NCBI GenBank assembly: GCA_016721015.1
Contig: JADKJL010000008.1
Coordinates: 32,472 to 96,471 of the forward strand
Origin: Lysobacterales bacterium
Lineage (GTDB): Bacteria; Pseudomonadota; Gammaproteobacteria; Xanthomonadales; Rhodanobacteraceae
Length of the DNA stretch: 64,000 bases
Reading direction: 5' to 3'
Numbering within the stretch: position 1 is the first letter of the stretch; every line of letters begins with the position of its first letter. The position numbers and the translations under genes were made by a program. This document shows, one piece after another, positions 38,566-50,172 of the stretch. Under the pieces are notes generated by a model. It searched no databases, was not told where the DNA came from, and saw only the letters and a list, made by a program, of their open reading frames with translations.

Positions 38566-39162
38566 ATGAATCACCTTGCCCATGCCCTGCTTTCCGGTGC
38601 GGACGACCAGATCCGGCTCGGTGGCATGCTCGGTGATTTCAGCCGTGGCACGATTGATCCGACCCTGCCCGATGGGGTTCGGCAGGGTATTGCCCTGCAT
38701 CGGGCGATCGACAGTTTCACCGATCAGCATGCCGAGCTTGTCGCCCTGCGCGCGCATTTCGAGCCGCCTTTCCGTCGCTATGCCGGCATCCTCATCGATA
38801 TCTGGTTCGATCATCTGCTGGCACGTGAGTTTGCCCGCTGGTCGGCGATGCCTCTGCCGAGCTTCAGCGACGCGCTACTCGCCCTGCTTGACAAGAATGA
38901 CGCGCTGCTGCCGGAATCGCTGCACCGATTCAGCCGCTACATGCAGGTTCGCCGGCTGCCCGCAGCCTATGCCGAGCGGGAAATGATCGGCGAAGTATTG
39001 GCCGGCGTCAGCGCAAGGCTCAGCCGCGACAATCCGCTGGCGGCGGGCATGGTCGAAATCTCGCGCCTGGAGCCCGTGTTGAAGCAGGCGTTCGACCGCT
39101 TTTTTCCGCAGCTCGACCAATTCACCAGGGAGTGGCTCGACAGCTTGCCCTCAAGCTCGTAG
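38566..39162 (+). CDS. acpH: Acyl carrier protein phosphodiesterase
   Basis: MNHLAHALLSG...GGMLGDF..G and the HRAIDSFTD motif typical of AcpH. 198 aa. Confidence 0.8.
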   Translation: MNHLAHALLSGADDQIRLGGMLGDFSRGTIDPTLPDGVRQGIALHRAIDSFTDQHAELVALRAHFEPPFRRYAGILIDIWFDHLLAREFARWSAMPLPSFSDALLALLDKNDALLPESLHRFSRYMQVRRLPAAYAEREMIGEVLAGVSARLSRDNPLAAGMVEISRLEPVLKQAFDRFFPQLDQFTREWLDSLPSSS

Positions 39163-39193
39163 GTTGGGGTGAGCGCCAGCGAACCCCGACAAT
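39159..39193. repeat. Solitary REP copy (gtaggttggggtgagcgccagcgaaccccgacaat) overlapping the acpH stop codon
   Basis: Same family as the RAYT-flanking REPs. The acpH TAG (39160-39162) lies inside the REP's GTAGG head. Confidence 0.6.
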
Positions 39194-39347
39194 GCGCACG
39201 CCCTGTTCCGCCGCGGCTTAGTTGGCGTTAGCCGGCGCGCAGCTCCAATCCGCGCGAGATGTTTCACGTCCCAAACGCTGCGACCGGGACCACCAATCCC
39301 CAAGTCCCGGCCGCAGCACCCACCTGGCCCGCTGTTTCGGATTCCGC

Positions 39348-40703
39348 TCAACTTTCGTACGCCGACTCACCGTGATAGGTGATATCAAGGCCTTCGCGCT
39401 CTGCTTCTTCACTCACGCGCAGGCCGAACACCGCCTTGGCGATCAGGAACGATACGACTGATACAACACCGATCCAGCCAACCGTGATCAGCACGGCCAA
39501 GGCCTGGATGCCAACCTGGCTCAGGATCGAGTAGTCGTCACCACCGTTCCCGCCGAGCGCCGGCGCATGGAACACCCCGGTCAGCAGGGCGCCGACGATA
39601 CCGCCGATGCCATGCACGCCGAAAACATCGAGACTGTCATCGACGCGCAGCATCCTTTTCAAACCCGTCACGCCCCAGACGCAGACCACGCCGGCCAGCG
39701 CGCCGATCGCGATCGCCCCGAACGGGCCGACCAATCCGGCTGCCGGGGTGACCCCGACCAGGCCCGCCACTGCGCCCGAAGCCACGCCGAGCGCCGAGGG
39801 CTTGCCCTTGGCGAAGGCTTCGACAATGGCCCAGGCGACGATCGCCGCAGCGGTCGCGAGCAGGGTATTGATGAAGGCCAGCGCGGCGCCGGCATTGGAT
39901 TCGAGATTCGATCCGGCATTGAATCCGAACCAGCCGACCCAGAGCATCGAGGCGCCGACAAAGGTCATCGTCACGTTGTGCGGCTTGATCGCCTCGCGAC
40001 CGAAGCCGAGGCGCTTGCCGACAAACCAGGCACCGATCAATCCGGCCACGCCGGCATTGATATGCACGACCGTGCCGCCGGCAAAATCGAGCGCACCCAT
40101 GTCGAGCAGATAGCCGCCAGCACCCCAGACCATGTGCGCGATCGGCAGGTAGCCAAACGTGAACCAGAGCACCGAAAACAGGATCAGGGCGGCGAACTTG
40201 ATGCGTTCGGCGAAGGCGCCAACGATCAGCGCACCGGTGATGCCGGCGAATGTCGCCTGGAAGGCGATGAACACGTATTCGGGCAACTTGACGCTGGCCG
40301 TAAAGGTGTCTGAAAGCGTGTCGACACTGACTCCGGACAGGAACAGCTTGTCGAACGATCCGATCACCGCGTTGCCGCCGACAAAGGCGAGGCTGTATCC
40401 GTACACGGCCCAGAGCAGGATCAGCAGGGAAAAAATCACCATGACCTGGATCATTACCGACAACACGTTCTTTGAACGCACCATGCCACCGTAGAACAGC
40501 GCCAGGCCAGGCACGGTCATCAGCAACACCAGCAGGGTGGATGTCAGCATCCAGGCGACGTCACCCTTGTCCACCGTCGCGACCACCGCCGCTGCGGCAG
40601 CAGGCTGGGCGAATGCGGGAGCGCAGGCAGCCAGCAGCGAAGTCGCGCCGAACCCGATACTTGACAGGCGAACTTTGCTCAAACCATGGACTGGGTTTTT
40701 CAT
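39348..40703 (-). CDS. amtB: Ammonium transporter
   Basis: Signal peptide plus 11-TM Amt family blocks (DKGDVAWMLTSTLLVLLMTVPGLALFYGG, DFAGGTVVHINAG, GVHGIGGIVGAL). Directly downstream of glnK. Confidence 0.9.
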   Translation of the reverse strand: MKNPVHGLSKVRLSSIGFGATSLLAACAPAFAQPAAAAAVVATVDKGDVAWMLTSTLLVLLMTVPGLALFYGGMVRSKNVLSVMIQVMVIFSLLILLWAVYGYSLAFVGGNAVIGSFDKLFLSGVSVDTLSDTFTASVKLPEYVFIAFQATFAGITGALIVGAFAERIKFAALILFSVLWFTFGYLPIAHMVWGAGGYLLDMGALDFAGGTVVHINAGVAGLIGAWFVGKRLGFGREAIKPHNVTMTFVGASMLWVGWFGFNAGSNLESNAGAALAFINTLLATAAAIVAWAIVEAFAKGKPSALGVASGAVAGLVGVTPAAGLVGPFGAIAIGALAGVVCVWGVTGLKRMLRVDDSLDVFGVHGIGGIVGALLTGVFHAPALGGNGGDDYSILSQVGIQALAVLITVGWIGVVSVVSFLIAKAVFGLRVSEEAEREGLDITYHGESAYES

Positions 40704-40723
40704 GATGTCCTCGCGAAGTGGGG

Positions 40724-41858
<1,135 letters not shown>

Positions 41859-41945
41859 GGTTGACCTCGACAGTTTGGGGAAACACGCAACGGCACAAAC
41901 GGTCGGTCGGCAACAACCCCGGAGACTCCCCAGCCCCGGCGTTGC

Positions 41946-43355
41946 CTAGACCGAGTAGTACATCTGGTACTCCAGCGGATGGGTGGCGGCACGGAAGCGC
42001 GTGACTTCGACCATCTTCAGCTCGATGTAGGCATCGATGAAGTCGTCTGAAAAGACGCCGCCCGCCTTGAGGAAGTCACGATCCTTGTCGAGCGCTGCGA
42101 GCGCCTGGTCGAGGCTCGAGCACACTTGCGGAATATTCTTTTCCTCTTCGGGTGGCAGGTCGTAGAGATCCTTGTCCGACGGCGCGCCCGGATCGATCTT
42201 GTTGAGGATGCCATCCAGACCGGCCATCAACAGCGCCGAGAACACGAGGTAGCCGGAATTCATCGGATCCGGGAAACGGATCTCGATGCGCCGCCCCTTC
42301 GGATTGTTGACGAACGGTATGCGGCAGCTCGCCGAGCGGTTGCGCGCCGAGTAGGCGAGCATGACCGGAGCTTCGAAGCCCGGCACCAGGCGCTTGTAGC
42401 TGTTGGTGGTCGAGTTGGCGAATGCGTTGATTGCACGCGCATGCTTGAAGATGCCGCCGATGTACCAAAGTGCAGTCTGTGACAGGCCACCATACAGGTC
42501 GCCGCTAAACAGGTTGACGCCGGCTTTGGACAGCGACTGGTGCACATGCATGCCCGAGCCGTTGTCGCCGACCAGCGGCTTGGCCATGAAGGTCGCCGTC
42601 TTGCCGCCGCCGTGGGCGACATTCTTGACCACGTACTTGAGCATCATCAGCTCATCGGCCTTTTTCACCAGCGAATTGAACTGCACGCCGATTTCGCATT
42701 GGCCGGCGTTGGCGACCTCATGGTGGTGCACTTCGACGACCTGGCCAAGTTCGGTCAGCACGTTGCACATTTCGGCCCGCATGTCCTGCAGGGAATCGAC
42801 CGGTGGCACTGGGAAATAGCCGCCCTTGACCCCGGGTCGATGGCCGCTGTTGCCTTCCTCGTAGCGCTTGCCCGATGACCATGCGGCCTCTTGCGACTCG
42901 ATCTCGAAGAAGCACTTGCCCATGTCGTTCTGCCAGCGCACCGAGTCGAAAATGAAGAACTCGGGCTCGGGGCCAAAGAACGCCGTGTCGGCGATGCCGG
43001 TTGACTTCAGGTAGGCCTCGGCACGCCGGGCCAGTGAGCGCGGATCGCGGGAATAGGCCTGCATCGTGTTCGGTTCGAGGATGTCGCAATGGAGGATCAA
43101 GGTCGGATCGGCGAGAAACGGATCGACCAGGGCCGTCTCCGGATCCGGCAGCAGGACCATGTCCGACTCGTTGATGCCCTTCCAGCCCGAGATCGACGAG
43201 CCGTCGAACATCTTGCCGTCCTCGAAGGTCGACTCGTCGATCATTGCGGCCGGAAAGGTGATGTGCTGCTGCACACCGCGCATGTCGGCGAAGCGCAGAT
43301 CGACGTAGGTGATGTTCTTTTCCTTGATCAGTTTGAGCACGTTGGCGACGGACAT
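41946..43355 (-). CDS. glnA: Type I glutamine synthetase
   Basis: [54 protein letters not shown], and the adenylylation-site region [11 protein letters not shown]. Confidence 0.95.
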   Translation of the reverse strand: MSVANVLKLIKEKNITYVDLRFADMRGVQQHITFPAAMIDESTFEDGKMFDGSSISGWKGINESDMVLLPDPETALVDPFLADPTLILHCDILEPNTMQAYSRDPRSLARRAEAYLKSTGIADTAFFGPEPEFFIFDSVRWQNDMGKCFFEIESQEAAWSSGKRYEEGNSGHRPGVKGGYFPVPPVDSLQDMRAEMCNVLTELGQVVEVHHHEVANAGQCEIGVQFNSLVKKADELMMLKYVVKNVAHGGGKTATFMAKPLVGDNGSGMHVHQSLSKAGVNLFSGDLYGGLSQTALWYIGGIFKHARAINAFANSTTNSYKRLVPGFEAPVMLAYSARNRSASCRIPFVNNPKGRRIEIRFPDPMNSGYLVFSALLMAGLDGILNKIDPGAPSDKDLYDLPPEEEKNIPQVCSSLDQALAALDKDRDFLKAGGVFSDDFIDAYIELKMVEVTRFRAATHPLEYQMYYSV

Positions 43356-43388
43356 GGAAACCTCGGCTGGGATTGGTAGCTTGACTAT

Positions 43389-43404
43389 TGCAACCGCCAT
43401 GCCA
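43389..43404 (-). promoter_or_regulatory. Sigma-54 (-24/-12) promoter of glnA
   Basis: The minus strand reads TGGCAT-GGCGG-TTGCA (consensus TGGCAC-N5-TTGCA), about 35-50 nt upstream of the glnA ATG, with a GAGG RBS between them. Confidence 0.65.
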
Positions 43405-43477
43405 GATTTCAGTCCTCCGAAATACCTATTATTATCAACATGTTGGGTTGATTCCGAACACGCGAGCAAATCGGAGA

Positions 43478-43494
43478 CGCACCATTGCGGTGCG
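43478..43494. promoter_or_regulatory. NtrC-type enhancer site
   Basis: The palindrome cGCACC-attgc-GGTGCg (consensus TGCACC-N5-GGTGCA) lies ~90-100 nt upstream of the sigma-54 element. A further GGTGCA half-site is at ~43520. Confidence 0.5.
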
Positions 43495-43624
43495 AGTATT
43501 GACGGCGTATTCCCGATATTGGTGCAGTAGCCGGCGAACTGCCCTGGCGGACAGGCACGGGCATAGCGAAGGCCGGGTCAAAGCACGAGCGGGTCGCCGG
43601 GTCGACCCGGGTTCGACAAGGCTG

Positions 43625-44341
43625 TCAGCGAACCAGCCAGGAAGCGACGGCGATCCATGCCTCGGTGCGCATGATCAGCAGGCGGGCGATCTGCGAAAAG
43701 AGCAGGAACCCCGCGCCCCAGAGGTAGGCGGGATGGATGCGCCCGATGCGCAGGCGATCATTGATCAGGCACGGAATCACGAATACGTCGGTCAGGAACA
43801 GTGCCAGCGGTGGCCCGTGCAGCGGACCGATTTCGATGTTCATGCGCGCGATCGCCGGCGTCATGACTCCGATTGTCGCGATCAGCATGAGGCGCTTGTG
43901 GATGTCACTACGGCGGCGAAACCAGAGCGCCGCGCCGACCGTGCCGATAAACACCAGGATCGTCGCAATCGGGATGGCCAGAAACGGCAGCGGATCAATG
44001 CCCTTGATCGGCTGGCCGCGGCTGGCCGCGGCGATCGCCGTCATCGCTCCGATGACAAAGAGCGAAAGCGCCAGTGCCGCACCGAACATGCCCAACTGAC
44101 GGTGCAGTGCCGTACGCCCGCCCGCAATCAGCGCGGGCTGTACGACAAACAGCACCATCCAGGCCGTGAACAACAGGCCATGGACTTGTACGAGCGGCGC
44201 CAGAGGAATGCTCGTGTGCGCACTTCTGAGATAGAACGTCGGCGCGAATCCGACAACTACGGTGATCAGCAAGATGATCGCCATGCCGACATGAAATCGA
44301 CGATCGGGGCGACTGCGAAGCGATACGGCAGTGATGGACAT
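43625..44341 (-). CDS. Hypothetical integral membrane protein (~6 TM)
   Basis: Alternating hydrophobic helices and short basic loops, with GC3-rich codons. No family recognised. The start could be 44377. Confidence 0.55.
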   Translation of the reverse strand: MSITAVSLRSRPDRRFHVGMAIILLITVVVGFAPTFYLRSAHTSIPLAPLVQVHGLLFTAWMVLFVVQPALIAGGRTALHRQLGMFGAALALSLFVIGAMTAIAAASRGQPIKGIDPLPFLAIPIATILVFIGTVGAALWFRRRSDIHKRLMLIATIGVMTPAIARMNIEIGPLHGPPLALFLTDVFVIPCLINDRLRIGRIHPAYLWGAGFLLFSQIARLLIMRTEAWIAVASWLVR

Positions 44342-44458
44342 CGGGCTTACTCCGAAAACAGACGTTACTTGGCACAAGAGAACAGGAAAGAGTCGCCGAT
44401 CAGGCCATCAGCAGGGGCGCATCAACGTTCCAGACCTCGCCAGCGTTGGTCGAATCTC

Positions 44459-46282
44459 TCACGGATCAAATCCATCGACAAAGATCAGGTCGGCGCTGGA
44501 GACCACCTGGCGACATGCGGAGAACTCGGACACGATAATCCCCGGCAAGCCCGTGGCAATCGAAAATTGCCGCGTCAGCGCGGTGAGGAAAAAGCTCGCA
44601 CCGAGGCCGGAGGTTTGGCGGGAGAAGGCAGCATTGCCCGACGCATCCGTGGTCACGCTGGCCACCACCGGCCCTGGATTGAGTGGGAAGAAGCGACTGC
44701 CGCCGCCAAAGCCGCTCGCATCGCAGCTATTGCTTATATAGAAATGGACTTCATAACTGCTGCCCGGAGCCGCATCAAGCGAGCCGGCAATCGTCGTCGT
44801 CAACGTACCCGGATCGTAGATCGCCGATTGGATGAGCGGCTTGTTGAGCAGCTCATTGGGGCCGCTGTCGCCATCACCGGGATCATTCGGAGTGACTCCG
44901 GCCGGTGCGAGATCGATGGCCAGTCCGCCATTGCCGCCAATCGATGAGTTGCTGGCATCAACCTGGGCCGGGCCATCGATAAACAGACCTGCGCCGAGGT
45001 TGTTGGAAATACTCGCCGAGCCAAACGGCAACAGCCGGAAAGGCGCGCCGACAAACGCGCCGATGACATTGCCCGAAATCAGCACGCCATCACCGCCATT
45101 ACCCAAAGGCACCGCACCCACACCGATTCCGATTCCATTGGCCACCAGTGCGGTGCCCATGAAAGGACTGTCGAAGATGGCGACGCCGTCACCGACATTG
45201 CCCGAAATGAGATTGTCGTGGATGGCGATGCCCGTGCTGTTCATGTCGACCGTGATGCCGCGGCCCGCATTGGCAAGGGCGGCCGTGCCCTGTGCATTGA
45301 GGCCGATGATGTTATTGCGAATGTGATGGTCCTGGGAGCGCGCGTCGGCACGCGGTGAACCGATGTAGATCCCGTCTGCGCCGCCCGCCGAGATCACGTT
45401 GAGCGTTTGCGACAGCGGATTGATCGGGCCGCCCAACGAGGCAAGTTCGTCACCGACCAGATTGTTCGTGCTGCCTCGGCCAAACACCAGGGTCGGACGC
45501 AGCATTCCGAGGCCATTTCCGAGTGCAATGCTTCCGCTCACGTCGGTACCAAAAAAATTGCCCTGAATGCGCACGCCACCGACCGGGCAGAAGCTGTTGG
45601 TCGCGCAGAATTCCTCGCCCATCGAGATGGCGGCACCGGCGAACCGGTTGATGACGAGTCCACTGATGACGCTGAGACTGCCCGGACACAACGGCGAAGT
45701 CGGCAGGGACGCGCCGATCACAATGGCATCAGAAGCGCCGGCGAGACTGCCGTCCAGTTCGATCGCGAGAACGGCATTGCTACCCTGCGTCTGGGTATTC
45801 AGACTCGATCCGGGCTGCGTATAGCCATCCAGCGTGATCGGGATATTGAAGTGCGGCAGAGCCGACAGGGGCCGGATCGTGTGGGTTCCGCCGCCTGGAA
45901 TATTGAACACGATCGAGTGCGGCGCACAGTGGGTACCGCCGCTGTTCTGGATCGCGTTCGCATCGAGGATCGCCTGTCGCAGGCTGCCTGAACCCGAATC
46001 GGCATTGTTGATGACCGTGAAGGTATTGGCCTGCGCAAGGGTCGATGACAACGCGACGAATAACAGGGGGCCACAAATCCGTGCAGTCGCGGCGCAGCGC
46101 GCCAGGCGGATCAGAACCCGATTTCTTGCGGACGACGCTGACCACGCGTTGGTGCTCACTGGGTCAAACCCGGAATCCCGGGTTTTCAACGTAGGCCGCC
46201 CATGTCTTGAAACACACCGGTGAGATGGATCTGGTTGCTCGACCGAGCGCTTGGTGGGCATTGCCATTTTCTTGCTGGGCAT
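44459..46282 (-). CDS. Secreted right-handed beta-helix (PbH1) repeat protein; ends in the DLIFVDGFDP tail
   Basis: Hydrophobic signal-like segment ICGPLLFVALSSTLAQA, then TVINNADSGSGSLRQAILDAN and many NxxxGN/GxGI turns. The start codon is uncertain: Met 46282/46261, or GTG at 46159. Confidence 0.7.
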   Translation of the reverse strand: MPSKKMAMPTKRSVEQPDPSHRCVSRHGRPTLKTRDSGFDPVSTNAWSASSARNRVLIRLARCAATARICGPLLFVALSSTLAQANTFTVINNADSGSGSLRQAILDANAIQNSGGTHCAPHSIVFNIPGGGTHTIRPLSALPHFNIPITLDGYTQPGSSLNTQTQGSNAVLAIELDGSLAGASDAIVIGASLPTSPLCPGSLSVISGLVINRFAGAAISMGEEFCATNSFCPVGGVRIQGNFFGTDVSGSIALGNGLGMLRPTLVFGRGSTNNLVGDELASLGGPINPLSQTLNVISAGGADGIYIGSPRADARSQDHHIRNNIIGLNAQGTAALANAGRGITVDMNSTGIAIHDNLISGNVGDGVAIFDSPFMGTALVANGIGIGVGAVPLGNGGDGVLISGNVIGAFVGAPFRLLPFGSASISNNLGAGLFIDGPAQVDASNSSIGGNGGLAIDLAPAGVTPNDPGDGDSGPNELLNKPLIQSAIYDPGTLTTTIAGSLDAAPGSSYEVHFYISNSCDASGFGGGSRFFPLNPGPVVASVTTDASGNAAFSRQTSGLGASFFLTALTRQFSIATGLPGIIVSEFSACRQVVSSADLIFVDGFDP

Positions 46283-46448
46283 TTCGGCTGGAGATCCTCA
46301 GGCGCGCCATGAATTTGACACGCGCACCAGCCCAAACAGGAAAGCGCCGCGATTCCGGTCAGGTCCGTGCGTGTCGTTGAATCATGGCGGGACCACAGGC
46401 GAACCCAGCGACGGCATTGGCCCGGCAGGCTGTTGCCTGCCGGATGAC

Positions 46449-48389
46449 TCAGAAATCGTTTTCGATCAGATCCATGTTCACCGTATCGCCGGTGTAGCTG
46501 GCCGCGCTGGTTGGTGAGATCGAGAAATGGCCGCCGCCGTTGGCGGCGACGTCGGGCCACCAGAGCGGATCGCCGCCGGCGAACCAGGTGAATCCGCTGA
46601 ACACGCCGCTGCCGGCGTTGGCATTGAAATAGGCGATGAAATCGGCCCAGGCCTGCGGTGCATTTGCAGCACCGGCATACAAGCCGATTTCGCCGAGATA
46701 GATCCGATAACCGTGCGCGGTCGCTTCGTTGAGTGCCACCGAGATGTGGTCGCGCGCTGCCGTGACCGAGGTGATCTGGGTGGTACCTCCTCCTTCGTCG
46801 GCATCGAGATAGGTGTGCACCTCGGCCACGATCTTTCCAAGCGGATCGACGATGGGCTGGCCCACGCCATTGGCATTGAGCCACCCGTATGCGTTGGATC
46901 GCTTCGTGGCTGCGGTGTCGTAGAAAGTTGACGTCCATGAGCTCGCCGCGCTGTAGCCATTGCCGGGAACATAGATCGTCTGCGTCGCGCCCGTACTCCG
47001 GATCGCGGTAATCGCCGCTTGCGCCGAAGCGAACCATGACATCGTCGACATGTCATTGGGCTCATTGATCAACCCATATTCCACTTTCGGGTTCGCGGAA
47101 AAGATCGTTGCCATGCGCGACCAGAAGTCCGCAAACGCGGCGGTCGGTACCGAGCCGGAACCAACCACGTTTCCGCGATAGCGTGCACCGCCGGCGCCAC
47201 CCGCGCTGTTGGAATCCCAGGGCTCGACGATCACGCGCATGCCCTTGACGCTGGTGGCGTAGTCGACGATGCGCTTGTAGTTGTCGAAATAGGTTTTGTA
47301 GCGGCCGGTTTGCGCGGCGGGAATCGGCCCGTTCAGAACCTGCTGCATGCACTCCCAGGAGAACAGGAAGCGCAACGTGGTCATGTGCTTGGAGGCGAAA
47401 TAATCGACCAATCGTTCATCGTGGTGTGGATAGTTGGTTCCCTCGATCGGCCCGCCAGCCTGATCGCAATTCTGGTAGGCCATTTCCATGCCGACGAAGT
47501 TCGTGCCGCGGAAAGCCGCGCTCGCCTGATCCTCAAAACCATTACTGAAGATCGGATCGGGCTCACCGACAGGAGCGGAGGCGTCGATGAATTGCCAAAG
47601 CGCAGGCGCGGCCTGCGACCAGATCGCATGGCCCATGCCCGGGATCGCGCACCAATCGAGCTCGCGGGTGCAGCCGTCGTAGGAAACGCACGGCGATATC
47701 AGAGATGAGCTCGTACTTCCGTTGCATGCCTGTGTCGCCGCGTAGTTGTTGCGCACGTTTACGCCTTCCGCAAACGAGACGCCGCTCGTATTGTCGTTTT
47801 CGCCCCAGATAAACGCGGCCGCCGGCAAAGGACAGGAAACGCCGCCGATGCCGGTGTAGGTGAAGTCGGGAATCCCGCCGCCGTCGTTCACGGGATACAA
47901 GGTACCCGAGTGAATGCCGAGCCCGCGAATCACGGTGGGACCGAGTCGGCAACCGAGCGCATTGGTCATCGTCGCGCCGCCGCTGAAACCGACAACAAAC
48001 ACGCGCGAGGTATCGATACCGAATTCCGCATGCATCGCGGCGATTACCTCGGTGACAAACACGGCCTCACGACTGCGTCCGTCATAGGTGTAGTACTCGA
48101 AAGTTCCGCCCGGTGCATTCGGGTAGACAAATACCGCGCCGGTCGTCGCTTGTGCTTCGAGGGGAAGGGCGGCGCGCATGTTGGCACCGTTGCCGCCATC
48201 GCCATGCAGCGAGAAGACAAGCGGCAGCGCGGTTCCTGGAGGAATGCTCGCCGGGCGGGCCAGGACGTAGCTGCGCGGGATGCCGCTGGACACGATATTG
48301 CGAGTTTCAGAGACATAGGCTGCTTGGCTACAGCAGCTCCAGGTCATGCCGACAATCGCCAGAACCCACACTTTCACGAGACCTTGCAT
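46449..48389 (-). CDS. Secreted two-domain enzyme: PHB-depolymerase/CE1-like esterase fused to a GH5 glycoside hydrolase
   Basis: Signal peptide MQGLVKVWVLAIVGMTWSCCSQAA. Esterase blocks SLHGDGGNG and GFSGGA. GH5 blocks LINEPND (acid/base Glu) and YLGEIG (nucleophile Glu). An internal PIFSNGFE sits at the junction, and the terminal sequence is degenerate (DLIENDF). Confidence 0.8.
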   Translation of the reverse strand: MQGLVKVWVLAIVGMTWSCCSQAAYVSETRNIVSSGIPRSYVLARPASIPPGTALPLVFSLHGDGGNGANMRAALPLEAQATTGAVFVYPNAPGGTFEYYTYDGRSREAVFVTEVIAAMHAEFGIDTSRVFVVGFSGGATMTNALGCRLGPTVIRGLGIHSGTLYPVNDGGGIPDFTYTGIGGVSCPLPAAAFIWGENDNTSGVSFAEGVNVRNNYAATQACNGSTSSSLISPCVSYDGCTRELDWCAIPGMGHAIWSQAAPALWQFIDASAPVGEPDPIFSNGFEDQASAAFRGTNFVGMEMAYQNCDQAGGPIEGTNYPHHDERLVDYFASKHMTTLRFLFSWECMQQVLNGPIPAAQTGRYKTYFDNYKRIVDYATSVKGMRVIVEPWDSNSAGGAGGARYRGNVVGSGSVPTAAFADFWSRMATIFSANPKVEYGLINEPNDMSTMSWFASAQAAITAIRSTGATQTIYVPGNGYSAASSWTSTFYDTAATKRSNAYGWLNANGVGQPIVDPLGKIVAEVHTYLDADEGGGTTQITSVTAARDHISVALNEATAHGYRIYLGEIGLYAGAANAPQAWADFIAYFNANAGSGVFSGFTWFAGGDPLWWPDVAANGGGHFSISPTSAASYTGDTVNMDLIENDF

Positions 48390-48636
48390 CGCAATTACTC
48401 CCCTGGAACGTTGATGTGCTCTGAATTCGACGACTCGCGCATTGAAATTCGAGATAGTTGACGGGTGCATGAGGCAGTACGGGAAACGGCACTAAAACCG
48501 GACATGAGCGATTCTGCACGCTGCCGGCAATGACCGATCAGGCCGGGGCCGGATGTTCGAATGTCGCATCTCTGTCGAATGCTGACGTGCCAAAGTCGAG
48601 CAGGCTGAAGGCGTTCAGTCACTGGGCTGCACAGGC

Positions 48637-50088
48637 TCATGGGACGACTTCGAAACCATTCCTGAAAATGCGATCGGTGACGGGAGGCGTTGCTCCATAT
48701 TCATACGCGCCCACATCACAGTTCAGACCCTCTCCGCGCAGCCCACCACGCTCATCAAGGCTCAAGGAGACGAGAGTGTCGTCAACGCAGCCTTGTGTCG
48801 TGGTGGCATTGATCGCCGAGCTTCCGGCCAGCAGTGCGTGCGTCAGCGTCAGTCCGCCGTTGTCTTGCAACGGCCCGATCGAATCGATATCCACAAAACC
48901 CCGGGCTGGGATTCCATTGCCAGTGAATGAGCAGCCGGCAACGTCGTTGAAAAGATTCCGACCATAGACCTCCAACGTCCCGTTGCAATCGTTGTAGATG
49001 GGCGCATCGAGGATCGTGTTGCGCGCAATCAGGGAATTGACCGCAATAAAGCGCATTCCTGACGCCGTATTCACTCCCCCGCCTACGCCACCCAGTTCAT
49101 CACGGTCATGATCGGCGTCGTTATCGATGATGCTTGAATTGTAGCTATATACCTTCGAAAGATTGTTGACACCGCCGCCATCGGTATAGGCGAAATTGCC
49201 GCTCAACGTGCTGTTGACGAGAGTCACTTCGGGGATCTCTTGCGGATGGACCAAGGTGAAATAGACTTCGATCCCGCCGCCAAAGTTGGCGCCGTTGGAA
49301 CTGATCGTAGAGCTGTAAACGTGTGCATTGCCGTATCCGCTGACGAATACACCGCCGCCGGCGCCTTGGGCAAGATTGGCGCTGATGCTGGCATAGCCCA
49401 GAGTGGCGGGGCCGGCCAGATACAATCCGCCGCCGCTGTAGGCAGTCGTATTCGAGCGGATGGTCACGTGTTGAAGGGTGAGCATGCTGCCGAGGAGGCT
49501 TGCGATACCGCCGCCCGCCGAGGCGGAATAGTTGTTCTCGATGATGCAATCGTCAAGGCGCAGGAGTCCCTGGTTCTGAATGCCGCCGCCGGCTCCCATT
49601 CGGTCACTGTCGTTCCCATTGAGCACGGTCAATTTGCTCAAAAATACAATTCGACCTGCACTGACCGACAATGCACGATCGGTATGGTTTGCGTCGATGA
49701 CGGTGGTGGCTGAGCTGTCGCCATCGATATACAGATACGGCGAAGGAGAAACCGGTGTAGTGAGATTCAGATCTCCCGACGCCTCCCCATTGTCGAACGT
49801 CGGGGCAAGTGACAGAGTGAACCTGCCTGCTGGCACTTTGATATGCACGCTGCCATTCGTCGAAACACGATTGGCTTGCATGATCGCCGCGCGCAGCGAG
49901 CAGGTATTGGCGCTGGTATGGCAGATTCCGTCACTCGTGTTGTCGTCGATCTGGTCCATCGTGGTATTGACGGTAAACGTAACGGTAGCGTCCACGGCCC
50001 GTGCCCAAGTCGGCGCAAGTACAAGGAGCACAGGTGCCACCAACGCGAACCGTGCAACCATGCAGCGCAACACAGGAAGATGTTTCAT
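48637..50088 (-). CDS. Secreted CSLREA-motif / Pmp-like GGGI-repeat beta-helix protein (choice-of-anchor-Q-like); ends in DRIFRNGFEVVP
   Basis: Signal peptide MKHLPVLRCMVARFALVAPVLLVLAPTWARA. DGICHTSANTCSLRAAIMQAN. Repeated xGGG[IVL] turns. CDVGAYEYG lies near the end. RBS gagga. Confidence 0.75.
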   Translation of the reverse strand: MKHLPVLRCMVARFALVAPVLLVLAPTWARAVDATVTFTVNTTMDQIDDNTSDGICHTSANTCSLRAAIMQANRVSTNGSVHIKVPAGRFTLSLAPTFDNGEASGDLNLTTPVSPSPYLYIDGDSSATTVIDANHTDRALSVSAGRIVFLSKLTVLNGNDSDRMGAGGGIQNQGLLRLDDCIIENNYSASAGGGIASLLGSMLTLQHVTIRSNTTAYSGGGLYLAGPATLGYASISANLAQGAGGGVFVSGYGNAHVYSSTISSNGANFGGGIEVYFTLVHPQEIPEVTLVNSTLSGNFAYTDGGGVNNLSKVYSYNSSIIDNDADHDRDELGGVGGGVNTASGMRFIAVNSLIARNTILDAPIYNDCNGTLEVYGRNLFNDVAGCSFTGNGIPARGFVDIDSIGPLQDNGGLTLTHALLAGSSAINATTTQGCVDDTLVSLSLDERGGLRGEGLNCDVGAYEYGATPPVTDRIFRNGFEVVP

Positions 50089-50172
50089 CCGTTTTCCTCG
50101 AAGGCACAAACAGGCACGCAAAGCCAAGCCGAGGCGCACGCTGAAGGCATCACTTTCCAGCTTGTCCATGAC

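Noticed and set aside
48575-48592. TGGCAC on the minus strand upstream of the esterase-GH5 gene (possible sigma-54 -24 element)
   Set aside because: The -12 position reads CATTC rather than TTGC(A/T), and there is no enhancer-like palindrome nearby. This is insufficient for a promoter call.
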